From Mobula hypostoma (Eukaryota), in assembly GCF_963921235.1 (NCBI RefSeq), contig NC_086108.1, positions 65,226,001-65,290,000 of the forward strand: a stretch of DNA of 64,000 nucleotides, given 5' to 3'. The notes beneath the pieces were generated by a model. That model did no database searches and had not been told where the DNA came from. It saw only the letters and a list, made by a program, of their open reading frames with translations. The first letter of the stretch is position 1. Each line of letters starts with the position of its first letter. The position numbers and the translations under genes are program-made. Positions 23,067 to 35,744 of the stretch are shown here, piece after piece.

Positions 23067-26000
23067 TGTTGTGTATGTGGCCGTTTACACAACAGTATCA
23101 TTAATAAAAATGCTAGCGGCTGGAGCTAAGTTAACAGGGGCTTTTACTTATGGAACCCGAACTGAACACATATATACAGATCAATACGCGCCTAATAGCG
23201 CATGCTCAGTAACGTGTTACTAAGACATAATATAGTCCCATATTATACAGTAGGGCTATATGGTACATTCCTCCCCTTTCATTTCAAAAGTGTATCAACT
23301 GTTTTTTTAGGGGCACTACGCTAAACAAATACTGTTTATACAAATGCCCACCAACTGTTTAATTAGAAACTTAATAATATGAAGTTATAACAAAGTAACA
23401 TAATAATAATAATAATTATAATTATAACTGAAGTCTCTGGGGGGGGGGGCCTTCTCTACCTCAACGTCTGTCCTGCAACATTTGATTTGGGGAATTAGTC
23501 TCCACAGGTACATCAGGTGGGTCCTCAGCACTGATGACAGGCTTATCTGTGGATGAGGCTGATGTAGTCACATCAGGAGTGTTTGCTTCTATGTTCGGGG
23601 AGTCAGGGCAAGATGTTGTTGTTGTTTTCCACCTGAGCATCCAGGATGTGATCCACATGATGTCTCCATACTTTCTCTCCCATCTGTACTCTATATATCA
23701 GTGGCCTGTCTATGGCGGAAATTATACTCGGCTGCCACTTTTCAGTCCAGTAATCCCGTGCAAGAACTGACTGTCCCACATTGAAGTTCCGTGTTGACTT
23801 GGCATTCAAGTGTTTGAACTGTTTGTTCTCTACATCATGTCGTACATTCGGTTTGAGAAGTTTCATGCAAGACCTCAGGTTCCTGTTCAGAAACATCATT
23901 GATGGGGTCTGACTAGTGGTTGCATGTACTGTATTACGATAGGCAAGGAGGAAGCTGTCTATCTTGTGTTGCAGCGGTCGATTTTCGCTGTCCCTTGCCT
24001 TGAGGGCTTTCTTGAATGTCTGTACAAATAATTCTGCCAAGCCATTTGTGGAAGGATGGTAAGGAGCCGATGTAAAGTGCTTAATTCCATTGTTCTTCAC
24101 AAAACTTTGGAATTCTTCAGAGACAAATTGTCGTCCATTGTCTGTGCAGATTTGTTCTGGTATGCCCTTCCTGGCGAACATGGTCCTCAGCACAGTAATG
24201 GTCTTTTCCGATGTGGTTGTCTTCATTTTGATGACCTCTGGCCATTTGGAATGTGCATTAATGGCATTTAAAAAGATAGAGTCCATGAATGGTCCAGCAA
24301 AGTCGATGTGCACTCATTGCCATGGTGATAAGGGCCACTCCCACAGATGGAGAGGGGCTTGTGGTGGTGTGTTCTCGATCTTTTGACATCCAGAGCAGTT
24401 CTTGGTCACGTCCTCAATTTGTTTAACAATTCCTGGCCACCACACATAGGCACGGGCAAGACCTTTCATTTTCACGGTACCCAGGTGCCCCTCCTGCAGT
24501 TTCTCCAGCACTCTGGTGCGTAGCTTGAGAGGAATCACAACTCAAGAACCACACATTAGAGTTCCCGACACACTGACAACTGCTCCTTCCTCGCTGAGAA
24601 GGCTGGAAACAGTGTGTTACCCCGTGCTGGCCATCCCTTTACCGTGATGTCATACACTTTTGACAACATAGGGTCATTACGTGTTTCCCTTTCAATGAGG
24701 CTGTTTGTCACTGGTAATTGTTCAACTATTGTTGTGTGGAAGATCTCTGCTGAATCCGTTTGTGTAGTTACCTTGGAAGTGGGCAGTGGTAAACGTGACA
24801 AACCATCTGCATTGCTATGTTGCTTGGTTCCCTTGTGTTTGATGTCATACTTGTGACCTCCTAAGAAAAGGGACCATCGCTGTAGCCTTTGTGCTATCAT
24901 CACTGATACGCCTTTTCTTGGATTGAAGATTGACACGGGCGGCTGATGGTCAGGGTAAACTTTTGACCATACCGGTAGTGACTGAATTTCTTGACTCCCC
25001 ACACGAGGCTTAGGGCCTCCCTATCAATCTGTGCGTATTTGCGATCAGCTGAAGTTAGTGTTTTTGAGGCAAAGGCTGTTGGCTTTTTGGAGCAATCAAG
25101 AAACTTCTGCGATAATACAGCTCCTATCCCATGGGGTGAGGCATCACAAGCTAGTCGGATAGGTAAGGAGGGGTCAAAGTGCGCGAACACCCCGTGTGAA
25201 GTTATGAGTCTTTTAGTTTCTTGAAACGCTTTCTCACAGCTCTCAGTCCACTTCCATTGTGTCCCTGTCTGTAATAGTGCATTTAGTGGGTGTAGGACTG
25301 TGGATAGGTTAGGCAAAAAACTTGTGGTAGTAGTTCACTAGACCAAGATATGCTCAGCTGAGACACATTTTCAGGTGGTGGTGCCTTAAGCACCGCTTCT
25401 ATTTTGTCTTGAGACATGTGTAAGCCATCCTTGATCACATGCCCACAGAACGAAATTTCCTCTTTGAAAAACTCACATTTCTGTCGATTAGCTCTGGGCC
25501 CATATTCTCGTAACCTGGTGAGCACTTGTTTTAGGTTAGAAAGATGTTCGTCGCCATCTTTGCCAGTGACAATGACGTCATCCAGGTAACACTGAACCCC
25601 TGGAATCCCCTGGAGGACCTGTTCCATTGCCCTTTGTCAGATTGCAGGAGCTGATGCTATCCCAAACACCAACCTGTTGTATTGGTAAAGTCCTTTGTGT
25701 GTATTTATTGTCAGGTATTTCTTGGATGCTTCCTCGATTTCCATTTGCAGGTAAGCCTGGGTCAAATCGATTTTTGTGAAATGATCCTCTCCTGACAGGG
25801 AAGCAAAGATGTCTTCAATACGAGGTAGAGGATACTGTACTGTGCGGAGAACTGGGTTAACAGTCACTTTAAAATTCTCCACATATGCGCACCTTGCTTG
25901 GTTTTCCTGGTTTTGTGCTGGAGGTTTTCTTCATCACTGGAACAATGGGAGTGGCCCATTCACTCCAATCCACCTTTGACAGGACCCCAGTCTGCTCCAG

Positions 26001-27956
26001 ATTTTTCAGCTCCGCCTCTGCTGTAGGACGGATTGCATATGGCACTGGTCCAGCTTTGTGAAATTTTGGTCATGCATTTTCCTCAATCTCAATCTTTGCT
26101 TTCATGCCCTGAAGTGTTCCTATTCCTTTCATGAACACTTCCTCAGAGTCAGCAAGTATTTATGACAGTCTCTCAGATGTAGCCTTGCTGCCCTCCTTTG
26201 CTGACACATCTAGTGCCTTGATGGTGTGCCAATCCAACTGAATTTTCCTGAGTCATTCATGTCCCAGCAACAGTAGTCCTCCATTTTTCAGTATTTAGAG
26301 GTTCAATTGCTGTGTTTTACCTCCGTGGGTCACCGTCACTTTAATTTTGCCTTCGGGACGCACTTTCTGTCCTGTGTAAGTCTTTAGCAGTTGTTTAGTT
26401 CGTTTCAGAGGTATGTGCGAAAACAGTCGTTTGTAGTCGCATACAGAGATCACTGTTAAGGCTGAGCTTGTGTCCAACTCCGTTTTCAGTCTCACGCCTG
26501 CCACTTGTGGAGTGATCCATATTACTCTTTGATCATCTGTCTCTTCCACGCTGTGAAGTGGCAGACAAGACAATTCACATTTTCATCAGAATTGCTTTCT
26601 TTCATTTTGTGCACATTGTTGTATTTTCCTTTCTGGGGTTTCTTGTTTCTCTGTATTTTGTCCTTTTCCTGCTGTATTCCAGCTTTGCATACTCTGCCAA
26701 TGTGGCCCCGTTTGCCACAGTTTCAGCATTCTTTATCTTTAAACCAACAACCATCAGGGTCATATGACCTGTTCCCACAATGGTAACATTTCTTTCCTTC
26801 ATTTCTGTGCAGTGACATTTTATTCGTAGCATATTCTAGAGATTTTTGTTGTATCTATGAAGCACCTCGTGCAGCTGTTTCTAATGATACTGAGGTGTTT
26901 GGTGCTTTCTCAAATGTAGGGTCTTTTTCACACAGGAGCTTCTTCTGTGTGGTTTCACAGTGCATGCCACACACTAACCTGTCCCTCAATGCCTCCGATA
27001 GACCAGCTCCAAATTGACAATGTTCTGATAATTTGCGCAATTCAGCACAATATTCAGAAATGCATTCATTTTTGCTCTGATTCTGTTTATGGAATTTAAA
27101 TCTTTCAGCAATGACCAGCAGTTTGGGGTTTAAATGCTGTTGGAGAGTGTCTACTATTTGCTTGAAAGTTTTGTCAGCTGGCTTTTCGGGGGTTATATGT
27201 TTTCACACCCATTACACTAAGTAGGACACTGGCTTTCTTTTCTGCATTAACATCGTTAGCATCACAATATAACTATTCTTTCAATATAAGTTGCCCAGTC
27301 TTCAATGCCACTATCAAATGCTGTAATCGTTCCAATTAACGCCATCCTTGCTGTGTTAATTTATCCTTGCTGTGTTAATTTATCCTTGTTATGTCAATTT
27401 GGCCCCTGTCCCTTGTTAATTTAACCCTGGTCTCTTGTTTTCTTTTTGACTCATGTAACCTCTTTTTTTGGCTAGCATCGGGAGCGTACACTGGATAGAT
27501 GCGTGTGTTGCTCCTTTTTTTAAATCTCCCTTCTGAGGCAGGCAGACCCTCAGCCCTGGAGTTTAGTGTCGGCTGTGGTCTCGCCTGGACGCACCACGGC
27601 TCTAACTGTGTCTTTCGCTCTCCCGACGTACCCGACTCCGGCTGAACTCCCGTTTCTTTTCAGACTGGCGGCCTCACTCTGCCTCTTTTGAGTGCCATTA
27701 TCAATTAAAACACGGCGTTCCGATACGATGCAGGTTCATTGACCTCGTCGCCAATTTGTTGTGTATGTGGCCGATTACACAACAATATCATTAATAAAAA
27801 TGCTAGAGACTGGAGCTAAGTTAACAGGGGCTTTTACTTATCGAACCCGAATTGAACACATATATACAGATCAATACGCGCCTAATAGCGCATGCTCAAT
27901 AATGTGTTACTACGACATAAAATAGTCCCATATTATACAGTAGGCTAAAAGGTACA
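23067..27956 (-). mobile_element. Near-complete Ty3/Gypsy LTR retrotransposon (degenerate gag-pol)
   Basis: LTRs at 23067-23267 and 27757-27956 (about 12 substitutions and 1 indel counted). PBS TGGCGACGAG, PPT AAAGGGGAGGAA, gag ATG at 27345. Protease LDTSS, RT YLDD, RNase H CDAS, integrase HIDFAGP. Confidence 0.95.
27344..27400. repeat. 19-bp tandem repeat x3 abutting the Gypsy gag start
   Basis: ATCCTTGCTGTGTTAATTT twice exactly, plus a diverged third copy. Confidence 0.8.
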
Positions 27957-28109
27957 TCTGTAGTATCCTGTAACATGGTGATCACATCTCCTGGCGAACC
28001 TTTTTGAGGATTGTTCCCAAATTGGCGATAGTTTTCTAAAAAAAAAAATCTCTTGTCTCCTATGGTAATTTTGACCAGAGATCATTGATTAATGACATAT
28101 GGAAGAAGA

Positions 28110-28329
28110 GTAGCAATAATTAAAGATTCAAAGAGCATTTATTATCAAAATATGTATGCAGTGTCCAACCCTGCGATACATCTTCCAACAGACAGCCACG
28201 GAACAAAGAAACACCATAGAACCCATTCAAAGAAAACATCAAACACCCAATGCGCAAATAAAAGAACAAATCGCGTAAATGGTGAAAAACACAACATAAA
28301 AAAATCAAACTGCAGAGTCATCGAAACAA
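28110..28329 (-). mobile_element. 3' tail of a non-autonomous retroposon
   Basis: Resembles the reverse complement of the 16830-16920 tail. Confidence 0.5.
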
Positions 28330-28341
28330 TCTAGGAATATG

Positions 28342-28549
28342 AAGGCAACACGCATAAAATTCTGGAGGAACTCAGAAGGTCAGGCATCAGCTATGGAAAA
28401 AAAGTACAGTTGATATTTCAGGCTGAGACCCTTCGGCAGGACTGAAGAGTTGGCTGTACTCGATTCCATAGATACTGCCTGGACTGCTGAATTCCTCCAG
28501 CTTTGTATGTCTGTTGCTCGAATTTCCAACATCTGCAGATTTTCTCTTG
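28342..28549. mobile_element. Miniature fold-back Penelope-derived element with decayed hammerhead (28408-28443, minus)
   Basis: Two inverted copies of the PLE 3' terminus, flanked by a 12-bp TSD TCTAGGAATATG (28330-28341 and 28550-28561). Confidence 0.75.
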
Positions 28550-28877
28550 TCTAGGAATATGGACTTTTCTTTAAGGAAAAAGGATGACTCCTATTGCTTA
28601 TTTACATATATTCATTGTCACTTTATACAGTAGAAGTGTAACAGAGACAAATTGAAATAAATGAAGCATTTTAGAAAACCTATTCAAAAATTAATAATCT
28701 TTAAAAAAACTGATTGAAAAATAACAATTTCTAGATTGTATTGTTATTGTACCTGAGATAAAACATTAGAAATACAGTGTGATATTATAGGCTTTGGTGC
28801 ACATGGTATACATAGAAAATCAAAGAAAGATAAATGAAGACACCTTGCTCTCAGTGAGACCTCTATTGCTGCTCTAA

Positions 28878-29860
28878 TAGAAACCACAGAAAAACTACAG
28901 CACAGAAACAGGCCTTTTGGCCCTTCTTGGCTGTGTCAAACCATTTTCTGCCTAGTGCCACTGACCTGCACATGGACCATATCCCTCCATACACCTCCCA
29001 TCCATGTATCTGTCCAATTTATTCTTAAACGTTTAAAAAGAACCCACATTTACCACCTCGTCTGGCAGCCCATTCCATACTCCCACCACTCTCTGTGTGA
29101 AGAAGCCTCCCGTAATGTTCCCTTTAAACTTTCCCCCCTCACCCTTAACCCATGTCCTCTGTTTTTTTTTCTCCCCTTGCCTCAGTGGAAAAAGCCTGCT
29201 TGCATTCACTCTAGCTATACCCATCATAATTTTATATACCTCTATCAAATCTCCCCTCATTCTTCTATGCTCCAGGGAATAAGGTCCTAACCTATTCAAC
29301 CTTTCTCTGTAACTGAGTTTCTCAAGTCCCAGCAACATACTTGTAAACCTTCTCTGCACTCTTTCAACCTTATTAATATCCTTCCTGTAATTTGGTGACC
29401 AAAACTGAACACAATACTCCAGATTCGGCCTCACCAATGCCTTATACAACCTCATCATAACATTCCAGCTCTTATACTCAATACTTTGATTAATAAAGGC
29501 CAATGTACCAAAAGCTCTCTTTACGACCCTATCTACCTGGATTTCCGGGATTACTTTTCGATCCTTTTTTAAACAATGGAACAACATGAGCCATTCTCCA
29601 AACCTCCGGCACCTCACCCGTAGACACCGACATTTTAAATATATCTGCCAGGGCCCCTACAATTTCAACACTAGTCTCCTTCAAGGTCCGAGGGAATACC
29701 CTGTCAGGTCCTGGGGATTTATCCACTTTAATTTGCCTCAAGATAACAAGCACCTCCTCCTTTTCAATCTGTACAGTTTCCACGATCTCACTACTTGTTT
29801 CCCTTAATTCCATAGATTTCACGCCAGTTTCCTTAGTAAATGCAGACACAAAAAAACCAT
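28878..29860 (-). mobile_element. CR1 LINE, truncated, with an internal deletion at ~29540
   Basis: KSPGPD..VVPLFKKG is joined directly to the C-terminal RPNLEYCVQFWSP region. Confidence 0.9.
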
Positions 29861-30286
29861 TAATAATGACAAATATTTCATATCCAGCTTGTATTTGGTT
29901 GTTTTGAGAGCTATGCATGTAGCACTGGTCTCATCACTGAAAACAATGAATTATGAATATTGATGGGTATTTACAGTATTTGCCATCGTTATCATTCTGC
30001 ATTCACTCACAAATGACAGAAAAAAAATATAAGCAAAGCAAAGCCAATGGCAACTGGTCTAACCATTTACTATTCAAATATTGATGTGCACTCCAGCTCT
30101 GTCAGGATTTCCAGATGTACCATCCAACATCTTTTTTTCTTGTACCCATCTAACTGGGCCAAGCTGGTGTGAGTCGTTTCCTGTGAAAATATCGCACTGC
30201 TCTTTGGTTTTAAAAAGTCACTTGTTGCTTCATTTGACAGTGAGATAATCATTATGTATTTTATTATGGGTGAGTTTTAAAGAATC

Positions 30287-30370
30287 GAGGGGTGGCTCTG
30301 CATGCCATGTACCAACAAAATTTTTGTGTATGCCATCTTGGGTACGTGTGCCATTGGTTCACCACCCCTG
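30287..30370. mobile_element. Short hAT-like MITE
   Basis: Terminal inverted repeats (G)AGGGGTGG / CCACCCCTG. TSD degraded. Confidence 0.45.
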
Positions 30371-32419
30371 ACAGTCTCTTACTATGAGATTACTAATTAA
30401 CTCAATCTCATTACAAAAACTAAAGCAAATTTGAGATATAAGATCATACAATGGTACAGCACATAAGCCTAATGGCCTGCATTCTTGATGCTGGCTATTG
30501 TGCTCCCTAGATTAGTTCCATTTACCTGCATTTTGTCTTTGGCCTCTTTGCCACTGAGTACATACACTGTATAAAAAAGTGAAAAATAAATGAATCCAAT
30601 GTAAGTTAGGGACTCCTACCAGATTAATGAAGTGGATTTTTGGAAACTTGAAAGTACTGTGAGCATGTTGATCATTCATCAAGCAATTGTTTCAAACGTA
30701 GCATATTTCTGCCAGTAATTTGTGGTACTTTTGGCTGTGGCTCAGTTGGCGGTAATTTTGCCTCTTAATCAAGGGGCTGTGGATTCATGTTCAGCTCCAG
30801 AAACATAAGAACAAAAATCTAGAATGATGCCCCAATGCATGTTTCAGGGATGCTGAAGTCAGAGGTGCTTTTTTCAGCAGCGATATTCAACAGGAGTCCT
30901 GCCTGTCAGTCAGGTTAACGTTAACAATTCGGTGACACCATTTTGAAAGAATGTAAAGAAGTTCATTCCGAGTGGCCTAACAATACAATCCTTCGATCAA
31001 AGTCATTAAGAAAACTATGTATTTGTCACCAAATGCATCGAGGATGTTGTCCCCCAGAAATCGGTCAGGATCTATCCAAACCAGGAACCTGGATCAACGG
31101 TTCCATGCAAACAGTACTTACCGCGCAACACAGAGCTTACATTGCCAGTAATCATCAGACACTCAAGAAATGCAGCCATGATCTGCGCAGAGTCATCAAG
31201 GCAGTGAAACGACAATACAGGGACAAGTTCCAGACACAACTCTCCAACAACACACACAGCTTATGGCAAGGTCTGCACACCATCGCAGGCTTCAAAGCTA
31301 AACACAGTGGTGTTGCCAACATCGCTGCCTCTCTCCCAGATGAACAAAATCTTTTTTACGCTCAGTTTGATGTCGCCAACACTGAGCCGCGAGGAGAGCC
31401 ACCAAAGCAACTGCTCTTTAGCCATCTCTGAGGCTGAAGTACGCAGGTGTTTCCAACGAGTGGACAGCCACAAGGCCGTGGGACCGGACAGCGTCCCGGG
31501 GCAGGTACTCAGGATGTGCATGGCACAACTAGCAGGTGTGTTAACAGACATTTTTAATCTCTCCATCTCCCAGTACAGAGTGCCCTCTTGCTTCAAAACA
31601 TCCACCATTGTCCCTGTACCTAAAAAGACCAAGGTAACATGTCTGAATGACTGGTGTCCTGTCACACCCACCTCAATAATAAACAAATGCTTTGAGTGGC
31701 TGGTCAAGGACTACATCTGCAGCATACTACCACCCACACTGGACCCTCTACAATTCGCCTACTGGCACAACCGATCAACAGATGATGCAATATCTATCGC
31801 TCTACACACCGCCCTTACACATCTGGAGAAGAAGGGTGTTTATGTGAGAATAATGTTCTTGGACAACAGTTCAGCATTCAACACCATAATTCCCTCCAGA
31901 TTCGACAAGAGGCTCAGAGACCTCGGCCTTCATCCTCCTTGTGCAGCTGGATCTTGGACTTCCTGTCAGATCACCAGCAGGTGGTATGAGTGGGCTCCCT
32001 CGACTCTACCCCTCTGACCCGCAACACAGGTGCCCTGCAGGGCTGTGTTCTAAGCCCCATCCTTTACTCTCTGTATACCCATGACTGTGTTGCCACCCAC
32101 AGCTCCAAACTGCTAATTAAATTTGCTGATAACACTACATTGATTGGCCTAACCTCAATAATAACGAGGCAGCCTCCAGAGAAAAAGTCATCACCCTAAC
32201 ACAGTAGTGTCAAGAAAACAACCTCTCCCTCAATGTCACAAAAACAAAGGAGCTGGTTGTGGACTACAGGAGGAATGGAGACAGGTTAACCACTATTGAC
32301 ATCAATAGACTGGGTTGAGAGGGTAAACAGCTTTAAGTTCCTCGGCATACACATTACCGAGTATCTCATGTGGTCTATAGGTTCGTCCATCGTCATTGAT
32401 GAAGACCTCGACACCATTA

Positions 32420-32563
32420 GTACTTTTTACGAGGTCGAGTTGCTAGCTCGACACTCAACCCAGCATGTATGGAAAGCGTGTCCACGAGTGGCTGGACTAG
32501 ATTTGAACTCAGGAACCTTCGCTCCCGCAGTCCGACGCTGATGTCACTGCGCCACCAGCCAGC
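32420..32563 (-). mobile_element. Short tRNA-derived SINE
   Basis: A box TGGCGCAGTG, B box GAGTTCAAATC and a short A-rich tail. Confidence 0.7.
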
Positions 32564-32887
32564 TTGATGGTGTCAAGACTAGCGCTTGATTTGGATTTAA
32601 GTGAGGGAGAGTTGCGCAGCATCAGCCTCACTCTCTCTTCCCAATTCCCATCTGGATCCAGTGGCAAGACAGAGTCGAGACGACTGGAGATGGGACTAGG
32701 CGCAGTGGATAACCAGGACGTCTTCTGTGTCTTGTCCTGCTCTACACATTCCACGACGCTTGCAGAGACCGCCTTCATGATTGTTGGACCTTCCATTGGT
32801 CTCGTCCGCTCAATCCACCGGAGTCTGCCTTTACATGCTGGGATAGACAACTCCCTAGCTCACCAAGGGTTTGAGACCCATCGGCTA

Positions 32888-33080
32888 CCCTCACCTGGTT
32901 TAGTCGGCTTGTCGAAGCCGTTGCCCGGGGTGTGGCCGCTGTCGCATGCAAACAGCAACGGGGAGTCACAGGTGAGAGCTGAGTTCCAGGTGGGACCAAA
33001 GGTGGACTAACTGCCCTGAAAAGGATGCGACATGTTCCCCCACCAGAGGTGCTACCCCTCCCTGACGCCCCATACACCCC
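32888..33080 (-). ncRNA. HDV-like self-cleaving ribozyme at the 5' end of the RTE element
   Basis: P1 GGGGTGT/ACACCCC, P2 CTCTCACCTG/CAGGTGAGGG, P3 GAC/GCC, L3 starting TCC. GG-GCAA junction, P4 CGGCTT/AAGCCG, J4/2 ACTAA with candidate catalytic C at 32903. Confidence 0.75.
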
Positions 33081-34129
33081 GGCTGTACATACTGGCTGTG
33101 TGGTGAAAAAAGCACAACAGCGCCTCTTTCACCTCATATGGTTGAAGAAGTTTGGTATGGACCCCAAGATCCTAAGAACTTTTTACAGGGGCACAATTGA
33201 GAGCATCCTGACTGGCTGCATCACTGCCTGGTATGGGAAATGGTACCGTAGCATAAAAGCCAGGACCAACAAGATCCGGGACAGCTTCTTCCACCAGGCC
33301 ATCAGACTGATTAGTTCACAGTGATACAGTTGTATTTCTATGTTATATTGACTATCCTGTTGTATGTACTATTTATTATAAATTACTATAAATTGCACAT
33401 TGCACATTTAGATGGAGATGTAATGTAAAGATTTTTACTCCTCATGTATGTGAAGGATATAAGTAATAAAGGCAATTCAATGCAAATTACTGTCTTTGGG
33501 AGTTTGCTGTGTGGAAACTGACTGTCATAGTTCTGCATTTAAGTTATTACATTGATTAGTAATATTTTAGCTGCAATCCCCCTGTGATGTCCCAGGGGTT
33601 TGAAGTGCACTAAACAAATGCAAACTTGGATCCATTAGTTTTTCCCAGCGAGTTTCTGCAAAGAACCATCATGTCACAAATGCCTGCATTTGGAGGAGAG
33701 GCTAAATGAATACATAAGGTAAACTGACAATATCAACATAGTAAGTTTGTGCTTCTGCTGGCATGCCCTTTAAAATTTGAAAATATTCTTCTGAGTTGGA
33801 ATTTATATTTCAAAATTATTCAAGGATTACTTCAAGAAGGTATTGGTTGTTATTTTGAACCTACATCTGAGGAAAATGTGTAAAAAGTCTTAGAGGTACT
33901 GCCCCAAAATTGAAGTCCCTTTGTTTTACTCTCATTCCACCGGTGTTTGTTTCTCACTTGTTTATGTCTCTGACTGCTAGTTTTTAATGTGATTATTCTG
34001 CAACCTATCACAAAATTGACTCTGTTCTCTCCACTCCCTTCTATTCTGAAACATAAAATACACTTGTTTCTCAATTTCCTGGTTCAAATGAATGATCCTT
34101 GGCTGTAAACACCAACTCTGTTTCCCTCG

Positions 34130-35720
34130 TAAATTCACTGTCAATACAACACCACAACCTTGGGTTAGTTAAAGACAAGGCTATTTGAAGATAAAGACCT
34201 CAAAACCTGGCACACCATGCATAGTCTACAGGAATCAGTGACCCCTGCCTCTTATATGTTTCTGATGTCCAGTTTAGCAACAACTGGCATCACAGGGCAC
34301 TGGAAAAAAATACAACCAACTTTGTTTCTGCATAATCGTCCAAATTTGTTGGAAGGATAAGTGAACCAAAGTCAGTACTCTCTCAGAGACCATCAAGACC
34401 AGCATTGTGTCCCTTGATCCTCTTGTTTGACTACGCTGGCAAGATTATCTCATTTACGTGCCCAACATTAGACTCCCAATATGAACACTCAGTTTCAAGT
34501 TTGGTTGGGGGACAGACTGCAGGACAGAGAAAAAGATTCAAGGATGTGCAAAGCACGTTGATTATTCTCAATGCTGGTGCCCCACAAGGCTGCATGCTTA
34601 ACCTCCCCTACTCTACTCACTATACACTTACAAACGCCTGGCCAGATTCTGCTCCAACTCCATCTGCCCATTTGCCAAAGACAACACCAAAATTGGCCAA
34701 ATTTCCAATAATCATGAATATAGGAAGGAGAAAGTTCAGTTAGTGGCATGGTGGCATAACAACAACTTTTCCCTCCGTGTCAGCAAAATAAAAGAGCTGG
34801 TCTCTGACTACGGGAAGGGAGGCAATCCCACATGCTTCTGTTTATGTCAATAGCTCTGAGGTTGAGAGCTTCAAGTTCCTCAGAGTGAATATCACCAGCA
34901 GTCTGTCCTAGTCCCACCCTGTTGATGCCAAGGCCAAGGAAATGCACCGGTGCATCTACTTCCTCTGGAGGCTAAGAAAATTTGTAATGTCCCCTTCCGT
35001 AATCTCAACAATTTTTAATCAATGCTTCAAAGGAAGCATCCTATCCAGATGCATCATAGCTTGGTAGAGCAACTGCTCTGCGCAGGACTGGAAGAGCCTG
35101 TAGGGAGTTGTGGACATAGTTCAGCACAGAATGGAAACCAGCCTCTGTTCGTCAACTGTGTCTACTCTTCTCACTGTCTCATTAAAGCAGTATATATAAC
35201 CAAATACTCAAACCAACCCAGACATTCTCTCTTCTTCACCTTCCCACTGGACAGAAGATATAAAAAACAGAATGTATGTGCCATAAATGTTAAAGACAGC
35301 TTCTATCCTGCTGTTATAAGATTACTGAATGATCCCCGAATTTGATAAGCATAAACTCCTAACCTCACACTCTACCTCATTAAGGCCTTGCACCGTATTG
35401 TCTGGCTGCACAACACTTCATTCGTATCTGTGACACTTTATTCTGCTTTCTGTAATTGATTTTCCTTGTACTGCCTCAATGCACTGATATGATGAAATGA
35501 TCTGTATGGATGACATGCAGAACAAAGGTCTGCACTATACTTGGTACATGTGAAACTAGTAAACCAATTTCCCAATTTAAAAAGTCAAGAAGTCCAAAAT
35601 CCCCACTGACTCCTGGGAATCGTTTGCCTCTGCCTGCTTAAAGTGGAGACAGCACGTATGATAATATTAAGAACTTCAAGGCTAAGCATGAGAAGTCCTC
35701 TGAGTAAGCAGTGGAAGGAA
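34130..35720 (+). mobile_element. Old RTE remnant (34130-34548, 35580-35720) interrupted by a Rex1-like remnant (34549-35575)
   Basis: RTE-like GQRKRFKD is fused to Rex1-like LNAGAPQGCML. The Rex1 3' ORF contains DSFYPAVIRLLN. Confidence 0.55.
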
Positions 35721-35744
35721 CACCTTACATTATAAACTGCCTAG

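Larger units (their letters stand above)
32381..33080 (-). mobile_element. RTE-derived non-autonomous element inserted in the Rex1-like LINE
   Basis: RTE-type 3' region CTCCCTCACTTAAATCCAA and terminal stem-loop. Degraded TSD GTCTATA / GGCTGTA. Confidence 0.7.
31030..33480 (+). mobile_element. Rex1/Babar-like LINE RT, disrupted
   Basis: KAVGPDSVPG, FKTSTIVPVPKK, LDPLQFAY, GALQGCVLSP, KFADN, FYRGTIESIL. Confidence 0.85.
30733..33628 (+). mobile_element. DeuSINE (30733-31030 and 33480-33628) split by a Rex1-like LINE
   Basis: tRNA-like head TGGCTCAGTTGG and a Deu-domain-like centre. The 3' part (GGGAGTTTGCTGTG...AAATGCAA) resumes after the LINE. Confidence 0.55.

Noticed and set aside
23062..27961. 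Target-site duplication of the Gypsy element
   Set aside because: The flanks TTGTC and TCTGT do not match, so no TSD is claimed.
32495..32563. tRNA gene
   Set aside because: A and B boxes are present but there is no full cloverleaf, and an unrelated body and A-rich tail follow. Treated as a SINE.
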